From contig NIVC01001787.1 of the NCBI GenBank assembly GCA_002269645.1, positions 31,217 through 95,216 of the forward strand: DNA of 64,000 nucleotides, read 5' to 3'. Under the pieces are notes generated by a model. That model was given only the letters and a program-made list of their open reading frames with translations, did not search any database and had not been told where the DNA came from. This stretch comes from Macrostomum lignano. Taxonomy: Eukaryota. Below are positions 9,601-22,564 of this stretch, in pieces. The position numbers were made by a program, and so were the translations under genes. Numbering within the stretch: the first letter of the stretch is position 1; the number at the start of each line of letters is the position of its first letter.

Positions 9601-11456
9601 AAGGATGAGGCTCTCGGAAAAGTTGTCATGCGGTCAAGTGTTCGCGGGTGTGCAAATAGCGCGCCGCAGCGTCGAGAGCGAGCGGACGAAGTCGTGGGTG
9701 CGGGCCCCGCCGTCGCATAGTTTCATTATATGTAAGACCATGCAGAATCTTCAGACGGTCGTGCCCGTGCCAATGGAACTTGCATGGATAACGTACCAGG
9801 GGGGGGGGGGGAGGGGCGCAAGGGCAAGTCAGATTTTCTAATGTGTAAATAAATTATTGAATGACTACATGTAAATAATCAAAAGCAACTTTAATACCTT
9901 AGTAATCTGTGCCCCCGCTCAAAAATAGCAGGATCCGCGTTTTGATATAGCCGATTCTGATTTCAGATCAGATCGAACCATTCATTGCAGAACCTTTACA
10001 AATTATAACTTTTCTAAATGTGGAAAGTGACCCATGCAGTACAATATTGGTTATTTAAAAAATTCCAAACTTTTACCACAGCTGTTTAGCGACCCTACTT
10101 TAATTATCCTCAAAATACAGTTTTAGAACAGAAGAAAAATATTCTTAAATTTTAAATTCTGATTCTTGGATCGAAATCAAATCGCGCGTATTCTTAGAAC
10201 AGCTACGTACCATAGATCTATGTGGTACCATGATCCATAGCTCTATAGAGCCTCTTGAGCGCCGTATGAGTGTGTATGACAATTCATGACACCTACAATT
10301 TTTCCGAGACATTTATTGCAAATCTATACAGTACATATGTACTTTAATTGATTGCTTTGTGGTTAGAACTCAGAAAATTAATATATTAAGTTTCAGACTG
10401 GACATTTCAGAACCTCCAGAAGAATGGAGGTTCTGAAGAATCTCCAGAAGAATGATAAGATCCGAAATAAATGTTAATTTAATAAATTCAATAAATGTTA
10501 AATGCCTAGCGACCATTCCGAGTCCCCCACCCATGAGCCTTGATATCTTAGCAATCCCCATGAGCTTTGAACTGTCAACAATTCCTCCAATAAACATTGA
10601 GCCACAGTATACCAGCATTGCCAGCAATCAGGGCTATTTTATTTCATAAATAAATGATTTGATCTTGGTTTTTTGCTAGCATTAAGCATTAGGCCTAGGA
10701 TGAAAAATTGCATATCTATTCTATGGTCCAATTTCAGGATGTAAGTTGGAAAGTCAGGATGCTATATAGCATTTCTATTGCATATAAAACCTAGGATTTG
10801 ATGGTCATTCAGTATTAAATCAACTAAGACAAAAGGCAACATGCCATATATTGAAAGTCAAGTTTAAGCAATTATGTTATATAGAATATATTATAGTTTT
10901 GTATATGTAAGTGGCATAAGCCTAAGCATAGCCTAGCCTAGTTGTCTAGCATGGTACTCTTAAGTTATATTTATATTATATATTACCAATTAGTAGTTTA
11001 CTATACATATTTCAAAATATAATCATATTAATTTAGGATTAGATACCTGTTCACACTGCTTATATAGCATCATATATAAGACCAAATTTTATATTTAACA
11101 AGTGCATAACATTTTATATAACTTAGAAATTTTCTGTTTTATTTTTCTTATTAATTAATATATACATTATATAGTAGTATTAAACAAAATAAAGTTAATC
11201 TACTCAATGAATGTAATTTATTCAATACTAAATAAGTAAATCAATTTATTTGTCCATAATTTTGCATAAATAGGCCAAATTTAAGCCTAAGGACCTACTA
11301 AACCTAAAAAAATATAATGATAACAATTTAATGCTAGTATTCATATGATATAAAAGCAAGTTTTTTTCTTATAGTTATAAAATACTAGAAGTAGTATTTG
11401 AAAAATTAATAATGACAACAATAGTTTTAACCTATCACTTATAAACAGTGTCATAT

Positions 11457-11860
11457 TTATTTATTTATTTATTTATTTATTGTATAAGAAAAATGCCTCA
11501 AGGATTTCATTTGTCTTAGCTCTAGCCCCTGCCCCCTACTATCCCAACCATACATTTCACATAGCATAAAAAATCTCTATTACTTGAATCCCTGACCCTA
11601 GAAACTTGATAGTTCTTCTTATAAAGCTTTAAAAATATCAACATTCATTCATTCCCATCCACTGTTCTAACCTCTACCTATGAAATCAAAGTCTCCAATG
11701 GTCTTTTAAGTCTCAGTCATTAAGTGATATGATGCTGCTCTTGAGTAAATCAAATAGGTCAATACACAATAGCAGAGTTCCAGTGTCATCATGCTTCTGT
11801 TTTCCTGAAAACATGCCAACCATTCCTTAAACATTGTAAAACAATCTTGCTGCTTAGCTG
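11457..11860 (-). mobile_element. Possible decayed LINE (CR1/L2-like) 3' fragment ending in a (TAAA)n tail
   Basis: (TTTA)n tract at 11457-11480 next to a purine-rich minus-strand segment; no intact ORF, weak resemblance only. Confidence 0.25.
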
Positions 11861-11865
11861 TAATA

Positions 11866-12273
11866 ATGGTACTGCTGTGCAGCTCGCTGGAGCCGCGGAT
11901 CTCGGATGCCAACTGTCTCAGACTGGACCAAGCTGACCGGACTGACTTTCAAAAGCTGCTAGTGGAGCTCACCGAATGTGCCACAGATAATCTGCAGTAT
12001 TACGAGGCTCAATCTGGCGATACCGAACTCAAATTTGCCAGCCAATTTAGCAAATTAATCGACCTAATTGATGGCAATATTCGGCCACTGTCCGAGTCGC
12101 TATTTGGCATGGCCAGGCGGTACGACTTTGCCGGCATGAGGGCTAATGGCTATCGGAGTCTGCTGTTTGTTACTGAGCGCTGCTGCCGCCGCCTGCTCAA
12201 TGTGGCTACTCACGTGAGGAATGGCCGCCAATCGCTGCTATTTAGATCTGGCCATTATCAACGAGAGCTTAAG
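11866..12273 (+). CDS. LIPE: Hormone-sensitive lipase exon 1, copy 1 (truncated duplicate)
   Basis: ATG 11866; ELTECATDNLQYY...RANGYRSLL...CC...RQSLLFRSGHYQRELK matches the HSL N-terminal domain; donor AAG|gtgagt. Confidence 0.8.
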
Positions 12274-12404
12274 GTGAGTCTAATTAATATCTAATGATAT
12301 CTATATGGTTATTTCTATTTTATAAATGTAATATGATTTGCTGGTAGATGATATTGGGATACTTGGAATTTTTTAGGATTGAGATCTATTTGGATAATCT
12401 GTGA

Positions 12405-12730
12405 AAATCGATTGGGATAATCTGTGACAGATCTATTGGGATAATCTATGACAGATTTATTGGGATAATCTATGACAGGTCTATTGGGATAATCCGTGAC
12501 AGATCTATTGGAATTAATCTATGAGAGATCTATCGGGATAATCCGTGACAGATCTATTGGAATAATCTATGACATCTATTGGGATAATCTATGACAGATC
12601 TGTTGGGATAATCTATGACATCTATTGGGATAATCTATGACATCTGTTGGGATAATCTATGAAATCTATTAGGATAATCTATGACATCTGTTGGAATAAT
12701 CTGTGACACATCTATTAGGATAATCTGTCT
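12405..12730. repeat. Intronic minisatellite, 22-24 bp unit (TGGGATAATCTATGACA[GA]TCTAT), ~14 copies (second copy ~21560-21885)
   Basis: Tandem units in LIPE intron 1. Confidence 0.9.
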
Positions 12731-12855
12731 ATTAGTATACTTTAAGACCTGTTGTAATGTTACTAATTTTATAATTTATTATCTCGAACTACTTTCTGCC
12801 AAATGAATCAGTTTCGATTGACCTCCTCTGACCCCCTCTGCCCCCCCCTGCCCAG

Positions 12856-13404
12856 GCGTACATATCCTGCTTAGACCAGCTGCACTACTGTCTGCACTAT
12901 GCGGAACGCCTGCCAGCATTCAGCGCGCCCGGATCCTTATTCGTTGACGAATCAGTGTACACAACAGATCCCGAGGCCAAGGATCTCATGCTGCAGGCCG
13001 AGTGCATCGCTCAGGAGTGCTTCTACGGTCGCTGTCTCGGCTTTCAATTCTGCGACTCAGTGCACGCCACCCTGCTAGCGATCAGCATCGGCATGGCCAC
13101 ATTTGCCGAGGATTATAAGAATAGGGATAGGCGCGGATTAGCCAAGTGGGCCAGCACCTTGGCCAACTCTAGCCGGCATCTGTACGATCACGAGGGTCGA
13201 GCAGCCGCCGTAGTCAATATGACTAGAAATGCTACCGTGGATTTCTGTCTGAGATTTTGGAATAGCGCAGAGAATCCGTTCTTCCAGAGTCTGCCGATGA
13301 TTATGTGCCCTTCGCCGGCTGTTAGCGAGGTCTTCCACATACCACCCACCGCTTTCCAGCTGCCTAGGGTTCTGCCGCATTCTCCTGGAGCTTTCTATTC
13401 GCAG
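12856..13404 (+). CDS. LIPE: Hormone-sensitive lipase exon 2, copy 1 (this copy has no downstream catalytic exon)
   Basis: Acceptor cccag|12856; AYISCLDQL...QECFYGRCLGFQF...ISIGMATFAEDY...FWN (HSL_N); donor CAG|gtacga; 549 nt, phase 0-0. Confidence 0.8.
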
Positions 13405-13409
13405 GTACG

Positions 13410-13850
13410 AGAGCGATTCCGGATGAGGGTTTGGCGATTCTGGATGAGGGATGGGGCGATTCTGGATTAGGGATGGGGCGATTCTGGATGAGGGATGGGG
13501 CGATTCCGGATGAGGGTTGGGCGATTCTGGATGAGGGATGGGCGATTCTGGATGAGGGATGGGGCGATTCAGGATTAGGGATGATGGGGCGATTCTGGAG
13601 TAGGGATGGGGCGATTCTGGATGAGGGATGGGGCGATTCTGGATTAGGGATGGGGCGATTCTGGATGAGGGATGGGCGATTCTGGAGTAGGGATGGGGCG
13701 ATTCTGGATTAGGGATGGGGCGATTCTGGATTAGAGATGGGGCGATTCTAAAGTAGGGATGGGGTGATTCTGGATGAGGAATGAGGCGATTCAGGATTAG
13801 GGATGATGGGGCGATTCTGGATTAAGGGATCGTGTATGGATTCTTGAAAG
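13410..13850. repeat. 22-bp G-rich minisatellite (GGGATGGGGCGATTCTGGATTA), cut short by the duplication junction
   Basis: Identical to the start of the 22565-26050 array. Confidence 0.92.
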
Positions 13851-14201
13851 AGTTGCTATAAATACAAATTTATAAGCGGTTCACTTTCTAGCAATCTTAA
13901 GCATATTGTGTGATTTTAGTTACACGATCGGTCTTGCATTGCTGATTATTTTCTTGCATTCATGGACAAGGAGGGTAGCTTATCAGCGCGTCCATAGCAA
14001 CGCCCTCCAGCGGCTGTTGTTGTCTCGCGCCAGATGACTACTGTAGAAACGCGCGCTATGCATGACACTGCCGCATCCTAGATTTGAATTATTAATCGCC
14101 TGTTCAGCTCAAAGCTACATGAAGTCGGCATTTATTTTTTCGCATCGTCTGTTTTTTTGACAACCAAAGCGAGCGGTGCGCCGTAAGCCTCTGAGACTGA
14201 G

Positions 14202-17200
14202 ATGTGTCTCAGACTATTGCTGAAGGCCATTCTGATAACTAGCCTTGTTGTCGGCTCTGTCGGCGGTCAGTGGTGTCACTGGCTGCGCTGGGAGTGCCAG
14301 AGAAGTGCGATCCTTTGTCGGCCAGTGCGCCAGCGGGCCTGCTGCTCTGACAACTGCAGCGGCGGAAGTGGCAGCGAGGATGCCGTGTACAATTCACAGT
14401 CTCTGATGCTGCATCCGCCGTTCTATTGCGATATGGCCGCTAAGTGAGCTGTTCAAGTTCTTGCAGCCTTGGGGGGGGGGGGAGGGGAACACATTGAGCT
14501 CGAATCCCAGATTCCCAAACTTGACTTAATCCCATGCTCTGAGCTCGAATCCCAGATCCCCAAACTTGATTTAATCCCATGCTTTGAGCTCTCGAATCCC
14601 AGATCCCCAAACTTGACTTAATCCCATGCTCTGAGCTCGAATCCCAGATCCCCAAACTTGATTTAATCCCATGCTTTGAGCTCTCGAATCCCAGATCCCC
14701 AAACTTGACTTAATCCCATGCTTTGAGCTCTCGAATCCCAGATCCCCAAACTTGACTTAATCCCATGCTTTGAGCTCTCGAATCCCAGATCCCCAAACTT
14801 GAATTAATCCCATGCTTTGAGCTCTCGAATCCCAGATCCCCAAACTTGACTTAATCCCATGCTTTGAGCTCGAATCCCAGATCCCCAAACTTGACTTAAT
14901 CCCATGCTTTGAGCTCTCGAATCCCAGATCCCCAAACTTGACCCAATCCCATACTTGAGATGTGAGATGCTTATTTTTATCTCGATCGCTGCAGCTCCAG
15001 TTCGACCGTCTGCGCCAGCCATTTCGCCCAGTACACGCCGTCGGCCAATGCGTCACTGTGGTGCGCCTGGACCTACTGGACTGCCTGGGCCACCGTGATG
15101 GAGAGCGGCAGCGCCGGAGCCTGCGTTTGGAAGCGCGTGCGAAGCCGCCAGAGGGCCTGCGAGTGCCCGCCGCCGCTGGTGACCTCGACGAACTCCAGCA
15201 ACTCCTCCAGTCAGTGCGACTCCGGCAGTCTGGTGGGCGACAGCGACAACTCGACCGGCTTTGCCACTTTGATTGGCGCCGATGGCGTCCTGCGTCTGTT
15301 CAGCACTGAGCTGACGGATCCCGCTGACGGTTTCGAAGCTCCGTCGTCGGTCTGCAGCACCGACGGCGGCAGCACCGACGACGGCAGCGGCGGCGTCTCT
15401 TCAACAGAGTCGAGTCGAGTCAGTCCTTCCTGGGCCTGGGTGGCCGCCGTTGCCGCAGTGCCGCTCGCCCTTCTGTTGGTTGCCGCCTCCGTGGTCGCCG
15501 GCGTCTGTCTCGGCCGACTGCACGCCAAGCGGGTGAGGGCCGCCGCCGCCGCTGCAGCCGAGCTCAGCGCCGTTGCTGCTTCCTCAACGGCTACGGATTC
15601 GTCTGCGGCGTCTTCGACTGCGATGTAAGACTCGACTCTCGCGCCGCGACCCCTGGTTCGATTCTGTGCGCGGCCACATTCATTTGGGGCTGGTGTGCAC
15701 GAAAATCGTGCGGTTGTCATGCAATTCACAGCCATGACTGCCAACCCCTAAGTCACATGCCGTACAGTATTGGCGCGCTTGTATAATGTGCTCAGGAGCC
15801 AGCGGAATGGGCTAAGTTGTCCTCAGCTCCGGTTGTGGGACGATGTCGCCGAATGCGTTGCACCCGGGTGCCCGCAACCCTCCTGCAGATATTGATATTT
15901 ACAGCTTTTTGCAGTCCATTTGAGCTGACACGCATTGAATTGAATCCAAGATATGTTTGCCAAAGCAATTGAGCTTTTGTCTATGGTAGCAAGGCTGGCA
16001 CAGCAGCAGTTTGGTCTAACAAGCATTAATTTGATCCATAGAGGCTATGAAACTCATAGAAACTCTACGAGTTACTCGTACAGTTGTGTTAATGCAAATT
16101 TCACTGTACCGATACAAAATGATGCTGACTATCAACTATAACGAAAACAAAAATTAACGTTCGTTTGACAGTCTAGCATATGGTACACGATTTTTTGGGG
16201 CTGATCTTGCTAATATTGCTATGCTTGTGACAGTCTGTCTAAATGAGAATCTAGGGGTGAAACTATAGAGCCGCTATACGGACCAAATTGATGCTTGTTG
16301 GACCAAATTAACTGCTGCTGTGTCAGCCTTGCTACCATAGACAAAAGCTCAATTGCTTTGACAGATGTATCTTGGGTTTAATTCAACTGCATGCATGTAA
16401 GCCCAAATAGGCTGCAAGAACCTATATTATCGTAAGCTACTGGGCACTGGGCTGGGAGAGATTCTGGGATAGGGCCGCGCCCAGCAGATCCCAGCCACTG
16501 ACTGCGATATTTTAGCACCATTCTCACTAGCAGGAGGCAAGTGCAAGCTGTCGGATGTATAAGGGTGAGCCAAAAGTTTCCGGAATTTGAACAATTTAAA
16601 ACTATAACAAATAGTGTCAAGAACAAACAGTTTACAGCGATGTGATGTAGTTGCCATTCAAGGCCCTGACCCTCTCCCATCTTGCTGGCAATGCCTCAAT
16701 CCCCTCCCTCCAGAAGCTCGCAGGCTTTGAATCAATCCATTTCTGCACTGCCTGCTCCACATGTTGCTTGTTGGCGAACCGCTGTCCATCACAAAAGCTC
16801 TGGAGAGACCTGAACACATGGTAGTCGCATGGCGAGAGGTCTGGCGAGTATGGTGGGTGGGGCAAAACACTGAAGCCCAGGCTTGCCAGCTTGGCCTGGG
16901 TGAGTCTTGCTTTGTGAGGCCGCGCATTGTCAAAGAGGAGCACCTTGTCGCGGTGTCCCGGGCACACGGATCGCAGCAAACGGGCGACCTGCTCCAGTTC
17001 GCTGCAGATCACCTCCGCGTTCACAGCCATTGCCATGCGGGATGACCTCCCAGAAAACAGGGCCAGACGAGCAGGACCAGAAAGAGAGCAGCTCCTTGCC
17101 GCAGTGGGGGTTCCGCATTGGGCAGCTGGGTGTTTCTTCAGAAGCATCGACCCAGACGGCTGATGTGCTTGGGTTCTCACAGCAGACCCACTTCTCGTCT

Positions 17201-18230
17201 TGAGCGATTATCGACTTGAGAAAGTTTGGCGAATGACCTGGCGAAGATTCGAAGTTGCCACATCCACCCTGGCTCTCAGCTGCTGAAGTGTCAGCTCATG
17301 GGGCACCAGAGTTGGCTTCTTCGGCACCTTGTCCGCAGCATGCAGGCTCCGCCGGACCGTGCCGCAGGACACCCCAGTAGCGGCTGACAGCTTGCGCACG
17401 CTGTAGTCCGGATTGTCCTCAAGGGCTTGGAGAACGGCATCGCCATCAGCAGCAGGGGGTCGGCCTGACCTCGGCTTGTCCTTCAGCTCATAGTTCTCCT
17501 CAGCAAAGCGAGAGAACCAGTCGTACACCGACGACTTGGAGGGTGCATGTGGGCCCATCAGCTGCAACAACTCGCGATGTGCCTCTGCTGCGTTGCGTCC
17601 CGCATGAAAGTGGTTAAGCAGAATTGCTCGCCATTCAGTTCTTGGCAGTTCCATTTGATGCGTTTGCTGGCTTGAGTAGGCAGGGTCTGGGAAACTGAGC
17701 GATGCTAAGCTAGAGAGTGATGATAAGGCTGGCCAACAGCATAGTACTCGTAGATGGTTGCTGCTTTTAAGCTTTTCCATAGACAAAAATTAACTAAAAG
17801 TTCGATTCTAAAAAATTCCGGAAACTTTTGGCTCACCCTAATATGTTCATTCCACTGACCCTTTGAATACTTGAACACGATCGAATTCCCTACTTGCATG
17901 GTAGTAAGTAGTTTCACTGGCGAAAAAATGGCTCAAATGGCTCAAAATTGCTTAAATGGCTTAAAATTGAAAGATTAGAATTTATTGCACTCGCGCACTG
18001 CATTGCTGATCTGCAGGATACTGCAAGTTCAACCTGACGGCACAGAAGCCGCATCCGCTGCTCGTGTAGTGCCGTCGCTGCCGCCGCCGCTGCCGCCGAT
18101 TCAATCGAAATGTCCAGTCAACGGTAGAATCTTTGCAAACTCTGCTCTGCTGTCCAGACTGCCGCCTCTGTACCCCACCTGTAGCAGCTCCGCGCACTGC
18201 GGGCCAACCCCCGTGCGCAGGTGCGATTGA
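14202..18230 (+). CDS. Unnamed TSR-like type I membrane protein, copy 2 (exons 14202-14443, 14995-15624, 18017-18230)
   Basis: Same translations and splice sites as copy 1. Confidence 0.68.
14495..14955. repeat. 45/47-bp intronic minisatellite, copy 2
   Basis: Duplicate of 5340-5800. Confidence 0.92.
15932..16391. mobile_element. MITE-like fold-back element, copy 2
   Basis: Duplicate of 6777-7236. Confidence 0.6.
16560..17841 (-). mobile_element. Mariner DD34D transposon, copy 2 (frameshifted transposase 16632-17654)
   Basis: Same TIRs, TA TSD and flanks as copy 1, so it arose by segmental duplication rather than a new transposition. Confidence 0.95.
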
Positions 18231-21020
18231 CACCTATCTACGACGAGACTTCAAACATGATTAGCGTTCGGGTTGGCAATTGTCAGACTGGATTTGATTT
18301 TGACGGCGGACAACAGCCCAGACCAGGAGCTTTGAATATTACATGTACGGACTTCGTCCATTTTGCGCGTGTGCATGATGTATTTATGTACTGTCACACT
18401 ACAGCTAGCTAAATGTTAGAAGAGGACACTCACGGGCATGCATGGTGCATGTCAGAGGTCATGTACCACACTTTGAAGTGGACTGGCTGAATTTTACATG
18501 CATGATGCAAATATGTATGTGTTGATACATGTATCTGTGTACTGTACTGTACTGAGTAAAGGTAAAGATACAGAAAAGCTTACCAGATATTCAGCTGGCA
18601 CAGATGCGAATTAGATGTGATCTCGAATTAATTGTGTTCCAGTTATTTTTTAATTACAACAACAATTCAGCAACAATAAAAACAACTAGATGTACAACAG
18701 CAACACCAACCAAAACAACAACAACAACAACAACAACAAAAACAACAGCAGCAGTAAGGATGAGGCTCTCGGAAAAGTTGTCATGCGGTCAAGTGTTCGC
18801 GGGTGTGCAAATAGCGCGCCGCAGCGTCGAGAGCGAGCGGACGAAGTCGTGGGTGCGGGCCCCGCCGTCGCATAGTTTCATTATATGTAAGACCATGCAG
18901 AATCTTCAGACGGTCGTGCCCGTGCCAATGGAACTTGCATGGATAACGTACCAGGGGGGGGGGGGGAGGGGCGCAAGGGCAAGTCAGATTTTCTAATGTG
19001 TAAATAAATTATTGAATGACTACATGTAAATAATCAAAAGCAACTTTAATACCTTAGTAATCTGTGCCCCCGCTCAAAAATAGCAGGATCCGCGTTTTGA
19101 TATAGCCGATTCTGATTTCAGATCAGATCGAACCATTCATTGCAGAACCTTTACAAATTATAACTTTTCTAAATGTGGAAAGTGACCCATGCAGTACAAT
19201 ATTGGTTATTTAAAAAATTCCAAACTTTTACCACAGCTGTTTAGCGACCCTACTTTAATTATCCTCAAAATACAGTTTTAGAACAGAAGAAAAATATTCT
19301 TAAATTTTAAATTCTGATTCTTGGATCGAAATCAAATCGCGCGTATTCTTAGAACAGCTACGTACCATAGATCTATGTGGTACCATGATCCATAGCTCTA
19401 TAGAGCCTCTTGAGCGCCGTATGAGTGTGTATGACAATTCATGACACCTACAATTTTTCCGAGACATTTATTGCAAATCTATACAGTACATATGTACTTT
19501 AATTGATTGCTTTGTGGTTAGAACTCAGAAAATTAATATATTAAGTTTCAGACTGGACATTTCAGAACCTCCAGAAGAATGGAGGTTCTGAAGAATCTCC
19601 AGAAGAATGATAAGATCCGAAATAAATGTTAATTTAATAAATTCAATAAATGTTAAATGCCTAGCGACCATTCCGAGTCCCCCACCCATGAGCCTTGATA
19701 TCTTAGCAATCCCCATGAGCTTTGAACTGTCAACAATTCCTCCAATAAACATTGAGCCACAGTATACCAGCATTGCCAGCAATCAGGGCTATTTTATTTC
19801 ATAAATAAATGATTTGATCTTGGTTTTTTGCTAGCATTAAGCATTAGGCCTAGGATGAAAAATTGCATATCTATTCTATGGTCCAATTTCAGGATGTAAG
19901 TTGGAAAGTCAGGATGCTATATAGCATTTCTATTGCATATAAAACCTAGGATTTGATGGTCATTCAGTATTAAATCAACTAAGACAAAAGGCAACATGCC
20001 ATATATTGAAAGTCAAGTTTAAGCAATTATGTTATATAGAATATATTATAGTTTTGTATATGTAAGTGGCATAAGCCTAAGCATAGCCTAGCCTAGTTGT
20101 CTAGCATGGTACTCTTAAGTTATATTTATATTATATATTACCAATTAGTAGTTTACTATACATATTTCAAAATATAATCATATTAATTTAGGATTAGATA
20201 CCTGTTCACACTGCTTATATAGCATCATATATAAGACCAAATTTTATATTTAACAAGTGCATAACATTTTATATAACTTAGAAATTTTCTGTTTTATTTT
20301 TCTTATTAATTAATATATACATTATATAGTAGTATTAAACAAAATAAAGTTAATCTACTCAATGAATGTAATTTATTCAATACTAAATAAGTAAATCAAT
20401 TTATTTGTCCATAATTTTGCATAAATAGGCCAAATTTAAGCCTAAGGACCTACTAAACCTAAAAAAATATAATGATAACAATTTAATGCTAGTATTCATA
20501 TGATATAAAAGCAAGTTTTTTTCTTATAGTTATAAAATACTAGAAGTAGTATTTGAAAAATTAATAATGACAACAATAGTTTTAACCTATCACTTATAAA
20601 CAGTGTCATATTTATTTATTTATTTATTTATTTATTGTATAAGAAAAATGCCTCAAGGATTTCATTTGTCTTAGCTCTAGCCCCTGCCCCCTACTATCCC
20701 AACCATACATTTCACATAGCATAAAAAATCTCTATTACTTGAATCCCTGACCCTAGAAACTTGATAGTTCTTCTTATAAAGCTTTAAAAATATCAACATT
20801 CATTCATTCCCATCCACTGTTCTAACCTCTACCTATGAAATCAAAGTCTCCAATGGTCTTTTAAGTCTCAGTCATTAAGTGATATGATGCTGCTCTTGAG
20901 TAAATCAAATAGGTCAATACACAATAGCAGAGTTCCAGTGTCATCATGCTTCTGTTTTCCTGAAAACATGCCAACCATTCCTTAAACATTGTAAAACAAT
21001 CTTGCTGCTTAGCTGTAATA

Positions 21021-21428
21021 ATGGTACTGCTGTGCAGCTCGCTGGAGCCGCGGATCTCGGATGCCAACTGTCTCAGACTGGACCAAGCTGACCGGACTGA
21101 CTTTCAAAAGCTGCTAGTGGAGCTCACCGAATGTGCCACAGATAATCTGCAGTATTACGAGGCTCAATCTGGCGATACCGAACTCAAATTTGCCAGCCAA
21201 TTTAGCAAATTAATCGACCTAATTGATGGCAATATTCGGCCACTGTCCGAGTCGCTATTTGGCATGGCCAGGCGGTACGACTTTGCCGGCATGAGGGCTA
21301 ATGGCTATCGGAGTCTGCTGTTTGTTACTGAGCGCTGCTGCCGCCGCCTGCTCAATGTGGCTACTCACGTGAGGAATGGCCGCCAATCGCTGCTATTTAG
21401 ATCTGGCCATTATCAACGAGAGCTTAAG
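21021..21428 (+). CDS. LIPE: Hormone-sensitive lipase exon 1 (complete gene copy)
   Basis: As 11866-12273; 136 codons. Confidence 0.88.
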
Positions 21429-22010
21429 GTGAGTCTAATTAATATCTAATGATATCTATATGGTTATTTCTATTTTATAAATGTAATATGATTTGCTGGT
21501 AGATGATATTGGGATACTTGGAATTTTTTAGGATTGAGATCTATTTGGATAATCTGTGAAAATCGATTGGGATAATCTGTGACAGATCTATTGGGATAAT
21601 CTATGACAGATTTATTGGGATAATCTATGACAGGTCTATTGGGATAATCCGTGACAGATCTATTGGAATTAATCTATGAGAGATCTATCGGGATAATCCG
21701 TGACAGATCTATTGGAATAATCTATGACATCTATTGGGATAATCTATGACAGATCTGTTGGGATAATCTATGACATCTATTGGGATAATCTATGACATCT
21801 GTTGGGATAATCTATGAAATCTATTAGGATAATCTATGACATCTGTTGGAATAATCTGTGACACATCTATTAGGATAATCTGTCTATTAGTATACTTTAA
21901 GACCTGTTGTAATGTTACTAATTTTATAATTTATTATCTCGAACTACTTTCTGCCAAATGAATCAGTTTCGATTGACCTCCTCTGACCCCCTCTGCCCCC
22001 CCCTGCCCAG

Positions 22011-22559
22011 GCGTACATATCCTGCTTAGACCAGCTGCACTACTGTCTGCACTATGCGGAACGCCTGCCAGCATTCAGCGCGCCCGGATCCTTATTCGTT
22101 GACGAATCAGTGTACACAACAGATCCCGAGGCCAAGGATCTCATGCTGCAGGCCGAGTGCATCGCTCAGGAGTGCTTCTACGGTCGCTGTCTCGGCTTTC
22201 AATTCTGCGACTCAGTGCACGCCACCCTGCTAGCGATCAGCATCGGCATGGCCACATTTGCCGAGGATTATAAGAATAGGGATAGGCGCGGATTAGCCAA
22301 GTGGGCCAGCACCTTGGCCAACTCTAGCCGGCATCTGTACGATCACGAGGGTCGAGCAGCCGCCGTAGTCAATATGACTAGAAATGCTACCGTGGATTTC
22401 TGTCTGAGATTTTGGAATAGCGCAGAGAATCCGTTCTTCCAGAGTCTGCCGATGATTATGTGCCCTTCGCCGGCTGTTAGCGAGGTCTTCCACATACCAC
22501 CCACCGCTTTCCAGCTGCCTAGGGTTCTGCCGCATTCTCCTGGAGCTTTCTATTCGCAG
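22011..22559 (+). CDS. LIPE: Hormone-sensitive lipase exon 2 (complete gene copy)
   Basis: As 12856-13404; 183 codons, phase 0 to exon 3. Confidence 0.9.
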
Positions 22560-22564
22560 GTACG

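Larger units (their letters stand above)
4698..13852 (+). repeat. Tandem segmental duplication, copy 1 (~9.15 kb)
   Basis: Sequence from AGTTGCTATAAATAC (4698) recurs at 13851. ORF offsets are 9153, then 9155 after a poly-G of 10 vs 12 G. The junction shares the 2-bp overlap AG at 13851-13852. Confidence 0.97.

Noticed and set aside
9780-9940. Similarity of the poly-G / GGATCCGC segment to the giant-array unit
   Set aside because: Only ~8 shared nt; could be a degenerate GGATCCGC-ended repeat but is not supportable
10370-10649. Small ORFs on both strands upstream of LIPE (duplicated at 19525-19804)
   Set aside because: No recognisable domain or splice context; AT-rich non-coding surroundings
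16560-17841. Second mariner as evidence of active transposition
   Set aside because: Identical flanks and TSD show it was copied by the segmental duplication
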